From: Eledone cirrhosa
Taxonomy: Eukaryota
Direction of reading: 5' to 3'
DNA length: 64,000 nt
Assembly: GCA_964016885.1 (NCBI GenBank)
Contig: OZ024742.1
Span: 274,288,001 to 274,352,000 of the forward strand
Positions 63,421-64,000 of this stretch are shown piece after piece. Under the pieces are notes generated by a model. That model was given only the letters and a program-made list of their open reading frames with translations. It made no database searches and was not told the DNA's origin. The translations under genes and the position numbers were made by a program. Within the stretch, counting starts at the first letter, position 1, and every line of letters begins with the position of its first letter.

Positions 63421-64000
63421 ATAATTTAAATATATATAAATTTTGCCTTATTGTGATAATAATTTATTGATATTTATATGTATTAGAATAATTTCATTAA
63501 GAGACTCGTTATCCTATGTTTTGATTAGGACAGTTCACTATTTAACTAGACAATAGATGATTTATGGTTTTGAAATATCGCTGGACGTGAGAGTAGACAT
63601 AAGTTTTAAATGTCTGTATATGTTGAACGAGTTATCTTGCTTTTGTTTACATTGTCCGTAAACATTTCTTTTCTTTTTGACTAGCTTGCTAAATTATATT
63701 AGATATGAAATATATAGATTTATAATATAAGACTATCATTAAAAGAAACTATATATCAAAATAATTAAATACAAAATTAAATATAACCTTTCATTAAATT
63801 AATGAAATAACATTTTTGAGAGTAAATATAACTGCAGTTTAATCATAGGAATATGAATTAAATGAAAATTAAAGAATAGTAAAGATTTTATAAAGACAAT
63901 ATCCTAATTAAATAAAATAATATGGGTAATAAATGATCTAAATATATTATATGTATTGATGGTGATATATGCATGGTATTATATTTTAATACATAGTTAA

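Noticed and set aside
63550-63590. AGATGA...GAAATATC downstream of the last PLE
   Set aside because: The position fits a pseudo-LTR HHR, but the stems do not pair.

Overview
This is AT-rich eukaryotic DNA, probably invertebrate and possibly cephalopod (inferred from the SINE and LINE mix, not verified), made almost entirely of retroelements separated by long (TA)n and (TAA)n microsatellites. No host gene is supportable. It holds several Penelope-like elements (PLEs, RT plus C-terminal GIY-YIG), a CR1-like LINE with an uninterrupted ORF2 and a tandem-CCCH ORF1, R4/Dong-like, Tx1/L1-like, RTE and CRE-like LINE copies or fragments, and about 12 copies or fragments of one tRNA-derived SINE. The main signal the ORF track does not explain is a dense set of type I hammerhead ribozymes (HHRs), about 16 copies read by eye on both strands, most lying just upstream of a (TA)n tract. 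Several unrelated families have greatly expanded stem II arms (about 60-95 nt), and three families carry the compensatory U3:A8 core. Two HHRs sit in non-coding, terminally redundant units of about 583 and 845 nt that look like retrozyme-type non-autonomous elements; in one, an inverted repeat begins at the predicted cleavage site. All structures were hand-folded and none was tested computationally or experimentally.
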